Shown one piece after another: positions 58,313 through 64,000 of a stretch of DNA of 64,000 bases. The DNA comes from Eledone cirrhosa (Eukaryota). Both the position numbers and the translations under genes were made by a program. Under the pieces are notes generated by a model. The model saw only the letters and a program-made list of their open reading frames with translations, had not been told where the DNA came from and searched no databases. Position 1 is the stretch's first letter. Each line of letters starts with the position of its first letter. Location of the stretch: NCBI GenBank assembly GCA_964016885.1, contig OZ024750.1:9424001-9488000 (forward strand). Reading direction: 5' to 3'.

Positions 58313-58635
58313 GCTAGAAGTTGAACAGTGTGCCTATATATATATGTGTATATATATATAAATATATATATATGTCTATCTCGGGTTCAATCGGGGGTAA
58401 CTACAGTAAGTAGGGTACTCAATACATAGCAAAGTATAGCTATTTAATACAGAATTGGCTTCTACAGTACTACAACTGTTTCATTCGGAAGAAATCTTCA
58501 AGAAAGCCTGGCTTTCCTGATGATTTCTTCCAAATCAAACAGTTCTAGTCCTGTAGAAGCCATTTCTATATATATATATATATCATCATCTTTGTTTAGC
58601 ATCCATTTTCCAGGCTAGCATATATATATATGTGT

Positions 58636-59306
58636 GAAGGCTCATGGCTTAGTGGTTAGAGCATTAGGCTTGCAATCGAAAGGTTGTGAGTTCAATTTTC
58701 AGACCAGGTGATGTGTTGTTTCCTTGAGCAAGACACTTTATTTCACATTGCTCCAGTTTACTCAGCTGTAGAAATGAGATGATAGGACTGGGGTCCCTAT
58801 CATTCCACTGATAAAGTGGTTGTGGAGGTGCCACGGCAAAAAAGCACCCAGCCCACACTGTAAAGTGGACGTGTAGGCACCACGGAAAAAAAGCAACCAG
58901 CACTCACTGTAAATGAGATTGGTGTTAGGAAGGGCATCCAGCTGTAGAAATCAAGCCAGAATCAGTTCCTGTATGAGCATGACAAGGTCAGCCGACCGGA
59001 CACTGCCCACAACAGGACAACCCGTCTAACTCATGCTAGCGTAGAAGAACGGACGTAAAATGATGATGATGATGATGATAAATACAGCTCACACTGTAAA
59101 GTGGTCATTATGGCAACATGATAAAAAGTGCCCATCCGATACTGTAAATGTGGTTGACATTAGGAAGGGCATCCAGCCATAGAAACCAAGCCAGAAATAG
59201 TTCTGTGTGAGCAAGACATGGTCATGTGACATGGCTTGTTTCACAACAGGACACCTCGTCTTACCTAGCATGGAAAATAAAATGTTAAACAGTAGTGATG
59301 ATGATG
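58636..59306 (+). mobile_element. Long family A variant (two 48-bp units, longer tail) followed by a second tail module
   Basis: Head and CORE at 58636-58790; tails end in (GAT)n at 59079 and 59306. Confidence 0.8.
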
Positions 59307-59315
59307 ATATATACA

Positions 59316-59347
<32 letters not shown>

Positions 59348-60049
59348 TGTGTGTACGCAGACACAACCTGACAAATTTCTTACACTCACACATTCACACA
59401 CACACAATGGGTGTATATTTACATGGATATGTGGTGTGTGCATGTGTGTGTGTGTGTGCATGTGAGTTCGTAGTATGTGTATGTGAGTTTGTAGTGTGTG
59501 TGTGTGTGAATGTATAAATATACGTGTGCATGTATGTATATGTGTGTGTGTGTGCATGTATATATATATGTGTGTGTGTGTGTGTGCATATTGATAAAGA
59601 CTTGAAGGGATATAAGAAGACACAGCTATTCATAAAATATGCTGTCTACTATTCCAATAGAGTCAATAATTTATTAATATAGAGAATCTTGCTACTACCA
59701 CCCCTCACCCCCATCCCACCACCCCTCACCCCCATCCCACCACCCCTCACCCCCACCCACACCATCTTTACCAACGTCTTTATAACACAGTCTGCATGTA
59801 TTGACTTCTGGCTACAACTCATTTCCCTTCTGTTGACATCAATGATGCATACACGACAATACTTTAGAAAATAACAAAAAATTGATGTAAAATACTAAAC
59901 AAAAATATTAAACAAATAAGTCCCAACTGCCATCAGTTTATTTTATATGTTTATGTGATATAAAATATTTTTTGGGGGAAATATTCACATTTCTATGATA
60001 TATGCTGATATCTATTTTTCATATATCTACCTTTTTAGATTTAGTATCT

Positions 60050-60320
60050 CTGTAAAGTGGTAGTGCTGGTGCCACAATAAAATGCAGCCAGTCTGCTCTA
60101 TATATTGGTAGTGCTGGTGCCACAATAAAATGCACCCAGTCTTCTCTGTAAATTAGTAGAGCTGCTGCCACGATAATATGCATCCAGTCTGCTCTGTAAA
60201 CTGGTAGAGCTGGCGCCATGATAAAATGCACCCTGTCTACTCTATAAATTGGTTGTGCTGGTGCCACAATAAAATGTACCCAGTCTGCCCAGTAAGTTGG
60301 TAGTGCTGGTGCTATGATAA
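60050..60320 (+). repeat. Diverged minisatellite of about 48 bp, about 6 copies, related to the SINE tail unit
   Basis: ctgtaaa.tggtag.gctggtgccacaataaaatgcacccagtctgct. Confidence 0.7.
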
Positions 60321-60504
60321 AACAGATATAGATGAAAGTAAAATATATTAATTGTTCATCTATAACTAATTAGCTTTTGTCTATCAATCTTTCTTAATTG
60401 TTACTTGTTTCAAGTGAAATATTTATTTGGTCAAAGATACATAAAAAGAAAGCAGTATTGGAAAGAACTATAAATGCCATAAATCAGAGTTGCTGAAGCA
60501 TGGA

Positions 60505-60726
60505 ACAAACTACGTCCATCAGTTGTTAGCTGTCGATACACTGCATCCTTTAAAACCTCCATGCTTCCTGAAATTCGCCAACACTACACCTTATATTCCC
60601 CCTCCATACACACGCACACATGTATATCACGACTCATACACTTCCCTGACATTTGTATATTATTCTATGTACTATACATGCACCTTTGATGAGTTGTAGT
60701 GCACCTGAGCACTGTACACAATCATT

Positions 60727-60779
<53 letters not shown>

Positions 60780-60780
60780 G
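60505..60780 (+). mobile_element. CR1/L2-like LINE 3' end with (TTA)n tail
   Basis: Three homologous copies in the window; terminal stem-loop gtagtgcacctgagcactgtac. Confidence 0.6.
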
Positions 60781-61077
60781 TCATTATTATTGAAAGGAGG
60801 TAAACCCTTGTGGTTAATAAAGAAATCATTATTATTGAAAGGAGGAGAAGATCAAGGACTACTAGACAAAGGAAGGGAGAAAGCGAGAGGGTGACATTCT
60901 CTACATCTAGGTCAGAGCAGTGTTTCAGCTGTGCCAACCTCAGACAAAATGGCAAAGGCATTTCTGTGGACAATGGCCAGAGACATATGCTGCAACAGCC
61001 TCCCTCCCTAAATGTAAATCAAAACAGAAATTCCATGGTTTGCTTATTTGCTCCAATGAAGCTTTATAATTCTTGTA

Positions 61078-61145
<68 letters not shown>

Positions 61146-61333
61146 AAAAAGTATGACTCCGACGGCAGGGCTCAAGCCGTTTCGACGGCTATTTCTGGAC
61201 TCAGAAATACCCGTCGAAACGGCTTGAGGTCTGCCGTCGGGGTCATACTTTTTCCTATTTCCCACTCTACTACCCTAAGAATTGAGTACTCTGGTGCGTT
61301 ATAGTCCATCTGGTTCCTTACCACAATTCCTTG

Positions 61334-61405
<72 letters not shown>

Positions 61406-61768
61406 ATATTGTAATTCCATCTCTGCCCCTGTCCATTTTTCTATCTGCCTATTTTCCCCGCATCTCCCTCTCTCTCTCTATCCTCCTCCTCTTCCTCTCT
61501 ATCCCTATCTTACTCATACACAGACACAGATACACACACAAAGACACAAATACACACATACACACATACATACTTATATACACACACAACACAACATATA
61601 TATATATCAGCTAACTTTAGCTATCAGTATGCCAATCTGACTGTAATTTACATAAGAAACAATTATATATATTTATGTGTACGTGTGTGTGTGCTCATAC
61701 ATATGTATAGAATCACACATATACCCCCCCTCCTGCCACACACACACCTATATATATGTATCTATGTG

Positions 61769-61799
<31 letters not shown>

Positions 61800-62360
61800 G
61801 TATATATATATGTATATATAATTCTATTAACCAATTCATTTCTTAAAGAATCTCTTTCTCCATTCAGTAAAAATCAGTGCTGATAAGGAAAGTAACGGTG
61901 AATCAATTATAATCTCTAAATCCATTTACATACCACACTGCCGGCCACCACCACCCATGCCACTGCCAACACCACCACACCGCCGGCCACCACCACCCAT
62001 GCCACTGCCAACACCACCACCCCAGCCGCAGCCACCCATACCACTGCCAACACCACAGCCACTACCACCACTACAACACCTGCCACCACCACCACCACCA
62101 CTACCACCACCACCAATACCACCACATGTATGGTGGTAGCAGTTGTTTGTGTTGATGTTGGAGTTGGTAATAGTGTTGGAGTTGGTGTTGGTATTGATGT
62201 TGGTGTTGGAGTTGGTAGTAGTGCTGATGTTGGTATTTATTTTGGTACTGGTGTTGGTGTTGGTAGTAATGTTGGTGTTGATGTTGTAGTAGTGTTAGTG
62301 TTGGTGTTGATTTATTTTGGTTGTGTGGTTGGACAGAATTAAAGGGTTTCTGTAACATAC

Positions 62361-62556
62361 GTTTCCATTGATTAATTGGTCTTCGCATGGAATCTCTCTA
62401 AAATATATTACAAGATCTCCAGCAGCTCCTATTTGAATATAGCAATCAGTTTCTAGTGCTTTCATAGGCCTTGTTATTTTAGTGAAGCTAGTGTTACAAA
62501 TGGTAAACCAGCCACTAATGTAAAAGATGTGGAACCTGCGGTGAATGTAGTAGCAA
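62361..62556 (-). CDS. Candidate 196-nt internal coding exon of an unidentified gene
   Basis: Acceptor tttctattcatatataacag|; donor AAC|gtatgt; only one frame open: CYYIHRRFHIFYISGWFTICNTSFTKITRPMKALETDCYIQIGAAGDLVIYFREIPCEDQLINGN. Confidence 0.5.
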
Positions 62557-62613
62557 CTGTTATATATGAATAGAAATTATAAACCTAACCTGAAATTATT
62601 TAGTAACTGTGTT

Positions 62614-62656
<43 letters not shown>

Positions 62657-62660
<4 letters not shown>

Positions 62661-62900
62661 TCGTCATCATCATCATCATCATTTAATGTTTATCTTCCAC
62701 GCTAGCATGGGTTAGACGAGAGTTGTCCCACTTGAGGCAAAATTAGTTGGGTGACCGTGTCTCGCTCGTATAGGACTGTCTGGCGGGTTTTCTATGGCTG
62801 GATGCCCTTCCTAACACCAACCACATTTACAGTGTGAACTGGGAGGTTTTTACCGTGTTACCTACACGGCCACATTACAGCGTGGACTGGGTGATTTTTT
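62657..62900 (-). mobile_element. RTE 3'UTR fragment
   Basis: Near match to 41137-41370. Confidence 0.8.
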
Positions 62901-63122
62901 TATTCCGCCAAATATATATCCACTGTATCTATCCTTTGTGATCCTGTCTCTGTTCTTGAACTCCTGAAGAAAGGCTAAAGCCTGACATGTCAGACTTTCT
63001 TTCCTCTTTTCCATATAAAGCATGAAACTAATAAGACTTTTGTACCTCTGTTTTGTTATTTCCTTGAACTACATACATTACATATATGTATATATACATA
63101 TATACATATATATATATGTATA

Positions 63123-63185
<63 letters not shown>

Positions 63186-63251
63186 ATGCTAGCGTGGAAG
63201 ATAGACGTTAAACGATGATGATGATGATGATGATATATATATATATATATG

Positions 63252-63322
<71 letters not shown>

Positions 63323-63327
<5 letters not shown>

Positions 63328-63530
63328 GCTGAGTGGTAAGAGAATTGGATTCGCAATGGTGAGGTTGTGAATTCAATTCCAGAACCGAGCGATGTGTTAT
63401 GTCCTTGAGCAAGACACTTTATTTCATGCTGCTCCATCTAACTGGAGTTGTGACCAATAGATAGTATTAACAATTGGAAAGACTTACTTCCTCGGCCTGA
63501 TTTGACGAAAGTCGATCGACTGTCGATATA
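63323..63530 (+). mobile_element. CORE SINE, family D tail
   Basis: tggctgagtgg A-box, CORE block, tail shared with 7345-7450. Confidence 0.75.
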
Positions 63531-64000
63531 TAGATATTGCTGCCACTGGCCTTGGTTTATTATCCAAAGATATGAAATCTTTTGAAAGATGATTTATTTC
63601 AAGTTACTTACTATCAGATGTATTTAAATATAACAAGAATTCATCCCAAACACCCACCCACCCACCCACCTATTGCATCAACACATATACATACATACAC
63701 TCACATATACTTATATGCACAGACAAACATGCACAGGCACACACACACATGCAGAGACACACACACTGGTTTAATCTCCCCTATGTCTTTCTCTTTAACT
63801 CTTTCTTTTTCTATCTTATTCCTTCATTTAGCCAGTATACAAAACAACATCAGGTCATAAAGCAGGACTCTCTCAGTGTTATAAATAATTTAAACTGACA
63901 AATATTTCAATTGGACAAATTTAGTTATTTTATAAATATTCCTTCATATTTGTCACTTTTATATCAACAATTATATTAGAATAAACTGCCTATTGTTGCT

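Noticed and set aside
61916-62388. Poly-Val, poly-Pro and QH-rich ORFs suggesting a mucin stalk plus TM segment
   Set aside because: Low-complexity trinucleotide tracts with in-frame stops in the Thr/Pro frame

Overview
This is a eukaryotic, very AT-rich and microsatellite-saturated 64 kb of mostly intronic/intergenic DNA. It most likely comes from an octopod cephalopod, inferred from the CORE-type and OK-like tRNA-SINE families and the (TA)n/(CA)n/(GAT)n load. Nearly all of the supplied ORFs are artefacts of simple repeats or SINEs. Identifiable content: (i) more than 25 SINE copies of two tRNA-headed superfamilies with modular tails; (ii) 5'-truncated LINEs of the RTE, R4/Dong, Tx1/L1 and CR1/L2-like clades, including one intact 196-aa RTE C-terminus; (iii) TTAA piggyBac-like and hAT MITEs; (iv) many Penelope-like remnants inside (TA)n tracts, which form long inverted repeats and carry several distinct minimal type-I hammerhead ribozyme motifs; (v) several minisatellites, some amplified from SINE parts; (vi) a broken tRNA-Asn. 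No long host CDS is visible. A chain of nine 7-40 nt + strand candidate micro-exons (7118-52852) splices into one open Cys-containing frame. A separate 196-nt open exon candidate lies on the - strand at 62361-62556. Both exon calls were made by eye and need RNA-seq.
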